Positions 51,897 to 64,000 of a DNA stretch of 64,000 bases are shown piece by piece (within the stretch, counting starts at the first letter, position 1; every line of letters starts with the position of its first letter). This stretch comes from Amphiscolops sp. MND2022 (Eukaryota). Made by a program: the position numbers and the translations under genes. The notes beneath the pieces are model-generated. The model ran no database searches. It was not told where the DNA came from and saw nothing but the letters and a program-made list of their open reading frames with translations. The stretch covers positions 42,348,001-42,412,000 of the forward strand of contig OZ076413.1 in NCBI GenBank assembly GCA_964187785.1. The letters run 5' to 3'.

Positions 51897-53441
51897 TTTC
51901 CTTTGTCGTTATCAAAATCAGATGGATAGTTCAACAAGAAGCACAGTGGTACTGCAATAAATTTTATACTCTCTCAAGAGATGCCTTCAAAAAATTGGAC
52001 AAGCTTCATGCATCGCTGCCTCAATTGCCTCTGACAACAAAAAAATAGCGGATTAGTCTAAGTTCAAAATTCCTCTTTGGATCAAAAATTCAAAGTTCCT
52101 CTTTTGATCTGGAAATAAGTTCATGCATACGTGGAGGCAAGGTTTCAAAATGACCAATGAAAATCATTCCGTCTTCTACCTGGCAAGACCCACCTTGTTT
52201 CGAAAATGCGTCAGTTTGTAGTAGGTAAACGGAAAACGGTATTGTTGCAGTTCGTTTTGGAAATTTTGAAATTTTTTGTATACGTTTTTTTGTCTCTCCG
52301 CTCGTGGGAGAAATCATCCTTGGAATACTCGTACTTAAGTTGTCCAACGAAGCAAGTTTTCACTTTCGCTTAATCTAAAAAGAATTGTGCATTCAAATAA
52401 ATAGTAATTAGAACGTAATGAGAATTAAACAATGACAAATATTCGGTCCCAAGCACAGCTCTTCTCTTCTAGGTTGTCTGGAATGTAAACCCGATATTAT
52501 TCAAAAAGCGAATGGTGACTTTTGGCAAAAATCGAAATTTGTCGCACGATGCCAAAAAAACAAGACGCCCGCGGACCAGCGGGATATTTTCCGCCCCAAA
52601 TCATTTGAGCAACAAAATCGTTTTAAGTCCAAAAATCTTAACAAATACATATCGCATGGAACTAAATTTATGTCAGTTGAATTCAGTGAATGTACCTCTT
52701 CATATTACGTAAACAATAATTCTTGGCAAATTTTGTATAAAAAACCGTTTGATTTAAATATTTTCCTTTCCCATATAAAATATGGGCGGAAAATAACAAA
52801 GAGAACCATTCAGGCTTGCCGAACTTGCTTCCTCAAGGGTACTTCACTGATCTTTGTTTTGGTCCTCTGGCCTCTGGGTTGGATGAGATTTTTGGCGATA
52901 TTTGTGCAAATGACCTACGGTAATTTTCGCAACTGTGCGACATTTTTTGTTCGTTAATTTTTTTTAAAAAAATAGTTTTCTTTGTTTCCAGTTTTTTTGA
53001 AAAGTGATTTCCGAGTCTCATGCGTATCACTTAGGATATTTTGAGATACTGAGAAATTTGTAAAATTTGATAAAATTGATAAAATTGATAAAACTGATAA
53101 AACAATAGTGTCCTTTAGATATTTAACAAACTTAACCGGGGCGTCGTTTTGGGCCGTTCCCGGTTTTTCATTTTCTATTTTCTGCAGAAGTCTGGGCCTG
53201 TTTGTTCTCATGGAATCGCATGGTCTATGCACTTCCTATAATAGATCCATTCAGAGAATTTAAAACCGTTAAAATTGGCCTAGCTCTAAAACCGTTGACA
53301 GAACTAGTTTTTTGTTTCATCAATGTTTTCGATATTTTTGAAAAGAATTTAGCTTCAAGTGGTTAGTATTTTATAATTACACTCAATCGAAAACACTTCG
53401 TTATCGACACGTTCACGTTGTGTTCGCAATTTGAGTTCTCA

Positions 53442-55259
53442 CCCTGGTCGAGAAAAAATGCGTTCCTTGCAAGGATCTTGCAAGATCCTTGTAAAAATGC
53501 AATTACTTGTAAGATCTTGCAAGGAAATTTGTTCCTTGCAACCCGGGTTGACCCTCTTACTAGCATCTTGGCTGTCTTGGCAAGATCTTGCCAAATTCTT
53601 AGTACATCTTGGCAGCCATGGATCCCATGGCAAGATTCTTATTAAGATCTTACTAAGATAATACTTATTCCAAGATCGTATCTTATCACGATGGACAAAA
53701 TTTTAAGATTATTAAAAAACACTATACCTTCGGTACAAGCAGCCGAGACTCAATCTAAAGGCTCATTTCACCCAACAACGGCTATTTCTACTCGTTTTCA
53801 TAATAAAAATGCTTAAACCTGCTGAAAAAATTTTGCATGCAAAAATGCGTGAAAAATTACGATAACGTAGTCTGGCTTCAGAAATTCTGACGAGAATCCT
53901 AATAATTCCTCACCTGTTTAAGACTGAAAAATGCCGAATGTACCAAATGAAAGGTAATGTCAAGGGCTTTTCAAAACTTGTAATTTATCATTCCTGTCGA
54001 TTCCAGAGACGGAGAAATATGCTCTCAAACGTCCAGATCCACTATCGGAAAGTTACAAAGGAAAGACCTTAAAATCTTGAAATTTTTGTAAAAATCATAT
54101 TTCCAGCTTTCTTTGAGCCTGTTAAGCAGCCTTATTACTGCTAGAAACGGCGGTCGTTGCTCTATTTTGGGTAATGACAGCTCAGGGCTTATCTGACGCC
54201 GTTGTTGGCGACAGTTTTGCAATTGAAAAAAAAATCGATATCGAAATGGTTGTAAAAATTATTCAGTAATTTTGTTTTGAGTGATGTCTAAATTATTTTT
54301 GCATAACTCTTAATTTAATGGTTTTCTGATTTTACTTTCTCTCGATATCGAGCAGTTCGTAGCAATTTTTTTCTTGCCATATTCGGCTTCTTAGTTAGAT
54401 TTTTCTTGCCATATTGGGCTTCTTAGTAAGATTTTTCTTGGAAACATGGCTCTCTTGATAAGATCTTACCATGGCATCTTGCAATTCTTGGCAATATCTT
54501 GTCACGATCTTAGCTAAGAATTTTCCAAGATCTTGGCAAGATCTTGCCAAGATCTTACTAAGATATCCATGGAGGGTCGACCCGGGAAGATCTTGCAAGG
54601 AAATGTTTTCCTTGGAAGATATTGCAAAGAAATGTTTTCCTTGAAAGATCTTGCAAGGAAATGCTTTCCTTGCAAGATTCTTGAGTTAAATGTACTTCAT
54701 ACTGAGAAATTATGTTAACGTAGTCGTGATTTGAGAATAATGTCAAAAACGTTAATAACTATTATTTCAGAAGGGTAATTTAACAAATTGAAAAATAATT
54801 TCAATCGAAATATTATGCACAGTCTAATTTCAAATCAATACCTGGTACATAACACAATTGGTTGGAAAAAATTTTCAGAATACTCTGAAACTGTATTTTA
54901 AATGTTGCGTCACTGAAATGTACTACTACTTTTCAAATAACTTCACTAAGATCACACTTTTAGAGATATTTTTTAGGGTTTGCATCTTTTTGGTGGTTGA
55001 ATCCTCTAGTAAGTAAACCCCGTTCTGTGACATAATCTAATAGTCACGATGCAGTAGTCAACTTGAAGTCATAAACAATGAATATAAAAAATAAAAAAAA
55101 TTGTCGAGAACTTTCCACGAAATTTTTCTCCTTGGAAGAATCTTGCAAGGAAATTTTTTTCTTGCAAGATGTCTTGCAGAAAAATGCATTATCTTGCAAG
55201 ACCTTGAAAGAAAATCTTGCAAGATCCTTGCAAGGAACGCATTTTTTTTTCAACCAGGG
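53442..55259. mobile_element. MITE family D (~770 bp), interrupted by a family B copy
   Basis: ~45-bp TIR CCCTGGT.GA(A)nTGCGTTCCTTGCAAGGATCTTGCAAGAT, flanks CA/AA, and TTGCAAGATCTTGCAA repeats. Confidence 0.88.
53542..54586 (-). mobile_element. MITE family B, copy 2
   Basis: Near-identical reverse complement of copy 1; TSD AA. Confidence 0.93.
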
Positions 55260-56754
55260 AAACTACTCATCTAACGTAATCTCTGCTTTGCAGATAGTAC
55301 GGTGAATATGACCCTTCTTTGTTGCACATTGTAAACGAAGTCAATTGGCATCGAAATGACGGTCAAAATGATAACATCCTGAATGCATTTACAAATGGAA
55401 CGAACTGCTTCGTAATGAAACCAGCAAATTTTGAAGGTCTAAAATTGCCGTGAAATTAGGATGCTTCTTTGAAGCCGCTTGATGAAAGTAGAACACTTCA
55501 GGGAAATATTTTCGAATTAACGGTTTCGTTAGTCTTAGAAAATCAAATTATAGTTGATGTCAACTTTAATAAACATGCATAAGTACAAGCAATTTCAACA
55601 AGGGTAATTGGGAAAAAACTTTATACGACTTTTTTCTATAAGTTTGTAAGGTTTCTTTGTTTTATCAGTGTTTTGGGTGTATTTTTCAATTTTCCCTAAA
55701 CCCGATATTGTCTCTTCTCCTCGGGGAAATCATCTTACCAAGTTAATGCAATCAGATAGTTTTGGTGATAAAATAACAAGTGCCACTGCGCTTCTTGACA
55801 AATTTGAAAGAGTTCTGGAACAATTTTTGTTTGATTTTTAGCTGTCGCTTGAATGCTGTAGAATTTCTATAAGGGTTTCGATTTTTAAGCATTTCGTCAG
55901 TGAATAAAAGCTCAAATTTCTGATAAAATATTAAGGACCCATAAACAGAAAGAACAATCGATTTTGCTTTGCTTGGCAATCTATTGTCACACATAAACAT
56001 CTGCCATTAGTTATTATTTCGAAGCTGAAATTTCTAAACGCTGTCAGTCTTTCGCTGCAAATGCATCTTTGTTTCTATCATAAATGCATCAAAGGTTTTT
56101 TGATAATTTAGTACAATTTTGAGCAGGCGGCAGCGTTGTGGACATTGTTTTTATTTGGACAAAATTTTCTTGAGGAAAAAGCGAGGAAAATATTGCGAGG
56201 CGCTCTCGCCCCGGCTCTCGAGCGAATCCACACATGTTTATTTCCATATGCGAATCCACACAAATATTTCACTCAATTTCTCGTATAAATACGTATAAAA
56301 AATATAAACATAGATTCATGAATTAGAAACTACCTTTGTTACAGTTTTCAAGTCCCTTTCCTAAGGTTGGTTGAAACGTTCTGAAAATGTTCAGACACAT
56401 TTACCAGTCAATTTGTTCTCACGTTCGATGCGTGAAAGTTTTTTTGCTCCGAAGAAAAGTTGTCAGAGTTGTCAAGTTATTCAGCGTTGAAAGTTATTGT
56501 GAAGGGTGAACGAGATGAGATGACTGAAGGACAATATTAACTTGTCGCATTCATTCATAACGAACGTTGACGAAATGGAGAAATAGTTTCTACACTTTCA
56601 TGTGAATGTAAAATTCACTATTACTTTTACGGTGCATTCAGCATGAAGCAGGAAAAACAAATTCTTACACAACATAAAACGGTATTCTGTATCCTTCAGC
56701 ATAACGTTTCAACGTACATATTGTAAGGACAAGCAGTAATATAGCAATTAACAT

Positions 56755-57800
56755 CCCGGGTTGACCCTCTTACTAGCATCTTGGCTGTCTTGGCAAGATC
56801 TTGCCAAATTCTTAGTACATCTTGGCAGCCATGGATCCCATGGCAAGATTCTTATTAAGATCTTACTATGATAATACTTATTCCAAGATCGTATCTTATC
56901 ACGATGGACAAAATTTTAAGATTATTAAAAAACACTATACCTTCGGTACAAGCAGCCGAGACTCAATCTAAAGGCTCATTTCACCCAACAACGACTATTT
57001 CTACTCGTTTTCATAATCAAAATGCTTAAACCTGCTGAAAAAATTTTGCATGCAAAAATGCGTGAAAAATTACGATAACGTAGTCTGGCTTCAGAATTTC
57101 TGACGAGAATCCTAATAATTCTTCACCTGTTTAAGACTGAAAAATGCCGAATGTACCAAATGAAAGGTAATTTCAAGGGCTTTTCAAAACTTGTAATTTA
57201 TCATTCCTGTCGATTCCAGAGACGGAGAAATATGCTCTCAAACGTCCGATCCACTATCGGAAAGTTACAAAGGAAAGACCTTAAAATCCTGAAATTTTTG
57301 TAAAAATCATATTTCCAGCTTTCTTTGCGCCTGTTTAGCAGCCTTATTACTGCTAGAAACGGCGGTCATTGCTCTATTTTGGGTAATGATTCAGCTCAAG
57401 GCTTTTCTGACGCCGTTGTTGGCGACACTTTTGCAATTGAAAAAAAAATCGATATGGAAATGGTTGTAAAAATCATTCAGTAATTTTGTTTTGAGTGATG
57501 TCTAGATTATTTTTGCATAACTCTTAATTTAATGGTTTTCTGATTCTACTTTTTCTCGATATCGAGCAGTTCGTAGCAATTTTTTTCTTGCCATATTCGG
57601 CTTCTTAGTTAGATTTTTCTTGCCATATTGGGCTTCTTAGTAAGATTTTTCTTGGAAACATGGCTCTCTTGATAAGATCTTACCATGGCATCTTGCAATT
57701 CTTGGCAATATCTTGTCACGATCTTAGCTAAGAATTTTCCAAGATCTTGGCAAGATCTTGCCAAGATCCTACTAAGATATCCATGGAGGGTCGACCCGGG
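56755..57800 (-). mobile_element. MITE family B, copy 3
   Basis: Near-identical to copy 2; TSD AT. Confidence 0.93.
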
Positions 57801-58061
57801 ATGGTTAAAAAGGGGGAGGAACCTGTGGTTGAAAAATTGATTACGTACTGATAGCTCAAATTTGACAGAAAAGTGAAAAATTTTCAGAGCCTGGTTTACA
57901 AATATTACAATTTTGAAGTGTGAAATTTTCGTGCGTTCCGTTTTTAGGTTTAACTTAAGAAGAGTTTTTTCGTATGTCACATTTACACACAGTATAATCT
58001 TAGAAGAATCGTTTCATTATCTGGTTGCTAAAATTGCTTCATGTTAAATACGGTACTGTAA

Positions 58062-58692
58062 TTAAGAAGACGTACCCCGGGCGATTTTAGGTTCGCTTTT
58101 CTCGAAATCTGTTAAGAATTTGAAAAACATCAGAAATTAATGTTTCTTGGAATTTAATCTAGTTTATTGTAGTGTTTTTAAAATTTTTCAGGGACAAGAA
58201 TTGAGAATGTTACATATAGTTAATTTTGAGCGAATTTGGGACTTTTCCGTTTTTCCAATTTTTGACTCTTTTATCGACAGTTTTTTGGATCAAGTGACTC
58301 GCATAAATCTACTGAATCTATGGATATTTTTCGATTTCAAAAATTATCAACTGTTTTTGAAATATCATGCTCGAAAGGTAAAATTTTCGTCGATTTACAT
58401 GCATTAAGATGAGGAATGAACGTTTCACGGCAAAAACTGCAATTATTTTTTCATTTAGAATGTTTTTCAAACAAAAAACATACAGTGAATTCTATACAAT
58501 ATGCAAAATTCAATGAATTTAAAGTTTTCAGAAAAAAATCAAAAACCCGCCCAAAACTGAGAAAACAGCAGAAGTGTCCTTTCTGCGCCTGAGATTTCAC
58601 TTGATGCGCCGATCAGAATTAAAACTGAGAGCAAATAAGCAATTCCAATTGGATGATAACGACGCTCAGCGCATAGGGGGACGATTTCCTAA
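58062..58692. mobile_element. Possible old TTAA-flanked MITE (Kolobok-like)
   Basis: Imperfect inverted ends TTAAGAAGACGTACCCC and GGGGACGATTTCCTAA. Confidence 0.25.
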
Positions 58693-58831
58693 CCACAGTA
58701 CTCTAGTTCATGAGCAATAAATAGTTCATGAGAAATAGTTCAATTTTAGTTGTTAAATTTTTACAGGAAAACTAAACACAAACGAAATGCTAGTTTTGAA
58801 TGATATATTACCAATAAACCGGTGCAAACTG

Positions 58832-59555
58832 TGTAACGTCCACCTAGCAGAGTACATCATAGAAGTGGGACAATGCCTAGGGTGCTTAAACATGAGACCG
58901 TTGTCTTACTACAGCCCTAGACAGTAGTTCTTAATCCCGAAATGGTCTCCTAAAAAGGACTTTTTCAAACGTCAAAGAAGCCTCCTCAGATAGAGCTCCA
59001 TGGCGACGTGCCGGCGCACTCAAAGTCCGGACACGTTCCACAAGCCTGTAAAAACCTTTCCTAAGGTTCCTAACGTTCCTGCGACTCTACATACCTTCGA
59101 GGTCCGAAAACAGGGGTTTAGCTGAAATACATTTTAATTAGATGAATAACGTCTTAAAATATCGAAAATAGGGGTCAAACATATCACCAAAATCTGCAAA
59201 AATCTCAAATACGGTACAACTGACTGAGGAAACATCAGGCGTCAGTGTCAGCTAGTCTTTGGCCTGCTAGGTGGCACATGCAAAATATGCAAATTTCTGA
59301 GTTTCTTCATCTCCTGGACCATTCTTCGGGTTCCGCTTGTAGCTGCGACGTCTTCCGAGGGAGATGGCACCACACGGCGATTTTGGGGATACTTCTATTA
59401 CGGGGTGTTCACTCTCGGGCTGGGGGTGTTTTTTGTGCGTTGTTTTGCTTCTTTTACGATTTTCGGTACCTGCCGGTTCGTCCATTTTGAATCGCACATT
59501 TCGAATTTTTCCTCGAAATTTTGTAACTTTCGTTTGCCGACTGCTGGACTTTACA
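58832..59555 (-). repeat. 3' LTR
   Basis: TG...CA ends; direct repeat of 62848-63570, roughly 90% identical by eye. Confidence 0.9.
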
Positions 59556-62500
59556 TGCTCCCCGGGCCGTAGTTTGTGGTCATCGAAAAACGGGAGTGTA
59601 TGTTCACGACTTGGTTGCCATCGTCCAGTGATTCAACATAGTACTTCAGGAATCTAATTGGAAGTCGTTCCAAGAAAAAAGTCATTGTCCAAAAAAATGG
59701 ATCTGTCCAGGCTTTCTCAGATTCGACACCAACAATGGGTTCTAGCACTGGAATAGCACTAGCAACTTTAGATACTCGGCATTATATTCAAAAAATTTTT
59801 AAATTATCAATTTTGCACCAAAATTTCTAGTACTTTGTTTTACTGCATCTGTATAAAAAGCACTCATGACAACAGGTTTGGCACTGGTCTGGGGCCCACC
59901 TGTTTGGTTAGGTTTTACAAAATGCACGATAGCACTTGAGAAGCGAAAAGTAAAAGTGACAGCTGTGGTCTTGCTAAAGTGTTGTAGTTCATGGCCAAAA
60001 GAAACTGCACAATAAATAGCACCAATGGGAAACAGACCTCAAAAAAATTAAAATATCACCAAAGTGAGGACCCATTCAGTCTACTTCGTTAGCAGTGTAC
60101 GCTCAGACAAAGGTATCGTCTAGGTAGTATAAGCACCAGTGTATATGTAAGAGATGATAGTAAACTGCTTCTCTAGAGGATGATTATGTCGATGGCTATG
60201 GTGGACAAGGACCGATAGAAGGTAAAAATCAGGCATGATAGATTATTAAAACATAATTTGTCAAAAAAACATCATCCAGAGCAATCATTTGAAACTTAAA
60301 AACACTACCGTTGGCCAAGCAGTTCTCAGAGCTTCGAAGGTTCAGGTGTTTTATCATGCTTGGTGTTGATTTCTCTCGGGAAAGCACCAAAAATACTCCC
60401 CGGGCGAATCTCTTGTCCGTGCTACACATCGACACGGTTCGTACAACTGTGGTACCGAGAACCGAAGTACACCTTAGGCACGGATTGAGCAACGAACGCT
60501 GATTTTTGAGAAGCCTGCTTGGCTACAGTTGTTAGATTGTCTGAAAAGTCCGTTTGTCACTCATGCTGCCCTATTTCTGGGGAGTACAAGTAAGGACGTA
60601 AATGTGATCAGGGACTTGGAATAGTCCTTGGGGTGAATAGGAGGAATGACACTGAGTTTGAAGTGATTTCTGGCCTTACGATCGTAGTACGATCAGGAAA
60701 AGCGTTTATTTTCTACATTGGTAGTCACTACGGTACTTGTTGTTCTGTTTTGAGACGCACTGCGTTCAAAGTCTGTATCTCTAAAAAAGCCTATAAACAA
60801 GCTCTAGCACCCACAGGGTACACAAGGCACCAAGCATGTTTGTTCACAACAAATAAATTGCACTTAGGTAACTTTGATAGCAGTCAGGAGGCGAATTTCC
60901 ATTTTCGGTTTTTCACCTCTACGTCTTGTGGACCGTTTTCTCAGAGAGCCGAGATTTTGGGGTTGGTTCAGCACTAAGAAAAAAAAGGAAAGCGAAAATC
61001 ACTTCTAGCGCTGCTAGCAACCTGAAAATTTTACAGCGTTTACTACAGTAGCCAAATCGTGGGGAATTAAACTCCGATTGCGCTAAAATTAACACTACGG
61101 GTGGTACAGCTGTTCAACAATGTGCACTGAAAAATTGATTATGTCGTGAAATTCGCAAAAGTTTGTCAAACTCGCTTTCCTAGATACCTGAAACCTGGTA
61201 CACGACGGTAACTTATGCTCATGTAACAGAAAAATTTGGCGGCGGGGTGCCTGGATCAATATCTGACGATCCGAAGTGACAATACATTGTGTACCGTAGG
61301 TACCACTTTTTTCGTGTCAAAAATCACAAAATTGTCAATTTCTCCAAGTTGGACAGTAACAGGCTGCTCAAAATGCACAAATCGTTGGGACCTGGTACTG
61401 TATGCACGAAAAATTCGATTTATTTCAACAATTTCGTACAATTTTTGGGCAGAACTGCGGCTAAGATTTCTCGATTACTAGTAATGGTAGCGCTACGAAG
61501 TTTACACCAATAACGTAACTTACACGACAGTGCAATCCGTTTTGGGGTGCTCTAGCTAGGAGAGACTTCGACCTGTCTTATGAACACTATTCCAGTGTTC
61601 GAAATTGTCACTGAAATAACACTTTTTTGGCTAATTCTCGGCAACTACTGGTTAGAGGTAAGAATCACTCGCGGTTTTCTCCGTTTGCAACGTTTTACCT
61701 TACACTAACAGCAAATAGGCAAGCAAAATCTGGCAGGCTCCCAATAAGGTCTCTCAAAAAATGTTCATGTTACACTTTTTACACTCTGGGAACAATGTGA
61801 AAAATACGTGTTTTCCCTAGGAACTTTTTATTTCTCGGTTCCCAGATGTTCGGGATAGTTCTAAACGTAAGGTCCCAAGGTGTAATAACTCTATTCAAGG
61901 ACTGGGGTTGTTTCAAATATTAGTTCTGATGTTATACCTCACAGGTCTATGGGGTCCTCTACTCAGGTCTATGTATATAAAAAAAATCAAGGGTTAAAGT
62001 TTCAATTTATATTGGGAAGGCTAGAAAACGTCCTGGCAGTAGTGTTCTGTACTACCAGGCTCGGGAAAACGGTTTTTGGGGTGCTCTAAAAGCTTGGGAT
62101 CAAACGCCCAAGGCTTCGCCCTTGTCAAATTTGGTCGAAATTGCCAAATTTGACGGTTTCTTAACAAAAATCGCTAATATTTTGACTTTTCTCTCAACTA
62201 AGCTAAACAAAAAATTTGGTTACAGCGTTAAAATCTCAATTTGAGCTACATAGGGTACTATAATTAAAGTTTTCCTGCTCAAATTTTTCAACTACTGGTC
62301 CAAACACCCGCCGGGTATTTTTCAGTTAGTTTTTGTGGAAATATGCCTGAGAATATGCTTTTTCAGCCGTTAAATACAGTATTTAGCGATGTAACCCGGC
62401 TGACGTGGTGGGTACTGCAATCATAGGGGTGTGGGAGGTGTGGTCGTGTAGGACGTCACGTCTTCGTATCAGCTAGCGTGAACCTTCACTGCACATCCTC

Positions 62501-62847
62501 TGGGTCCCCACACATTGCAAATTTGCTAAAATGAGGCTACAGAACCCTTTAAAACAGAATCCGGTTAAGCCGGATGGTTAATTTGAACAAGACGAAACGG
62601 TGTTCAAAAGGTACTTTGCTAGAAATCGGTTATTTCTCGTTCCAGACCTCGGAAACATGCAGGAAACGCATGAATTCTGTTAGAAGAAAACGTACCAGGC
62701 TTGACAAAGGCAATAAAAATATTCAAGGACTCTTAATAAGTTTTCCTATACCTGGACCCCCCGGGGACGGAAAGCAGGAAAATCTCCTAGTACGACGCAA
62801 AAATGAAAAAAGGGTCCCTTGTGGGGCACCATAAAAACTATTCTAAA

Positions 62848-63570
62848 TCTAACGTCCACCTAGCAGAGTACAGCATAGAAGTGGGACAATGCCTAGGGTG
62901 CTTAAACATGAGACCGTTGTTTACTACAGCCCTAGACAGTAGTTCTTAATCCCGAAATGGTCTCCTAAAAGGGACTTTTTCAAACGTCAAAGGAAGCTCC
63001 TCAGTTAGAGCTCCGTGGCGACGTGCCGGCGCACTCAACGTCCAATCACGTCCCACAAGCCTGTAAAAACGTATCCTAAGGTTCCTAACGTTCCTGCGAC
63101 TCTACATACCTCCGAGGTCCGAAAACTGGGGTTTAGCTAAATACATTTTAAATAGTTGAAAAACGTCCAAAATAACGAAAATGGGGTCAAACATCACCAA
63201 ATATCTGCAAAAACTTCAAATACGGTACAACTGACTGAGGAAACATCAGGCGTCAGTGTCAGCTAGTCTTTGGCCTGCTAGGTGGCACATGCAAAATATG
63301 CAAATTTCTGAGTTTCTTTATCTCCTGGGCCATTCTTCGGGTTCCGCTGGTAGCTGGGACGTCATCTGAGGGAGATGGCCTCACACGGCAATTTCGGGGA
63401 TACTTCTATTGCGGGGTGTTCTCTCTCGGGCTGGGTGGGGGTGTTTTTTGTGCGTTGTTTTGCTTCTTTTACGATTTTCGGTACCTGCCGGATCGGCCAT
63501 TTTGAATTGCACATTTCGAATTTTTCATCCTAATATTGTATTTTTCGTTCGCCGACTGCTGGGCGTTACA
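62848..63570 (-). repeat. 5' LTR
   Basis: Direct repeat of 58832-59555 with the inner terminal dinucleotide mutated (TC for TG on +). Confidence 0.9.
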
Positions 63571-64000
63571 CTGCTGTCTCATGTGATCCATCAAAATACA
63601 AGAGAACCCATCAAGAACCATTTCTTCCCAGTTTATTTATTTCATTGCACCGTTTCCTGACAAATTGCAACAGCTTTCGTGTAATACGAATTGTTGAAAA
63701 AAAGAAGCACATAAGTTGTTTTTATGGCCTAATGTGTATCGGTTGTCAATCTTGTAGACAAAATCAAAATTTCGCAGATCGTTTGAAGCAGAACCACGTA
63801 AGTAGTGTAGACTTTGCAACCGTCAATGTGGTCACACAGCGCCATGTAAAATTGAACATGGCGCCAAAATGAAATATGAAACATGATGAAAACGTTCAGC
63901 AAGTTTTTTATTTTTCCTTTTACGCCTAGTTTTGTAATCATCCCCCTCAACAAGAAAACACCTTTTGTAGTAGAAAACTTTTTGCACGAATAAAAGATTT

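Larger units (their letters stand above)
58832..63570 (-). mobile_element. Non-autonomous LTR retroelement (~4.74 kb) with no recognisable gag/pol
   Basis: ~724-bp direct repeats with TGTAACGTCCA...TGG.CGTTACA ends, PBS-like TGGTGCCCCACAAGGG starting at 62832 (-), and PPT-like GGCCCGGGGAGCA at 59568-59556 (-). Confidence 0.8.

Noticed and set aside
58827..63575. 3-bp TSD (CTG) for the 4.7-kb LTR element
   Set aside because: Too short to distinguish from chance and atypical for LTR elements, so it is not claimed.

Overview
This is AT-rich, repeat-dominated animal DNA with no prokaryotic gene organisation, rRNA, intact tRNA or CRISPR. The transposon and lectin repertoire suggests a marine invertebrate, possibly an acoel, but that is inference only. 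The core is a nested stack: a decayed minus-strand Ty3/Gypsy element (15388-36566, flanked by GAAAC) contains a full-length decayed BEL/Pao element (24651-32842) and a spliced hAT-like element (~17210-20928). The Gypsy sits at the 5' edge of a CR1/L2 LINE fragment, and the whole stack lies inside a predicted ~24.3-kb intron of a C-type lectin gene (exons 38357-~38650 and 13676-14053). Also present are a CGGBP1-like hAT fossil, a CRE-type non-LTR retrotransposon, a second CR1/L2 LINE, several CCC-ended MITE families with 2-bp TSDs, a 4.7-kb LTR element with no recognisable gag/pol, and a ~180-bp degenerate tandem array. The most unusual signal is that two apparently distinct LTR families each carry a long ORF inside the LTR (118 and 183 codons). 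In the element with its internal region, the ORF runs in frame through the LTR end, with the terminal A plus the TG of the primer-binding site making the next Met (GxH|MVTG). All coordinates and identities were read by eye and no database searches were run.
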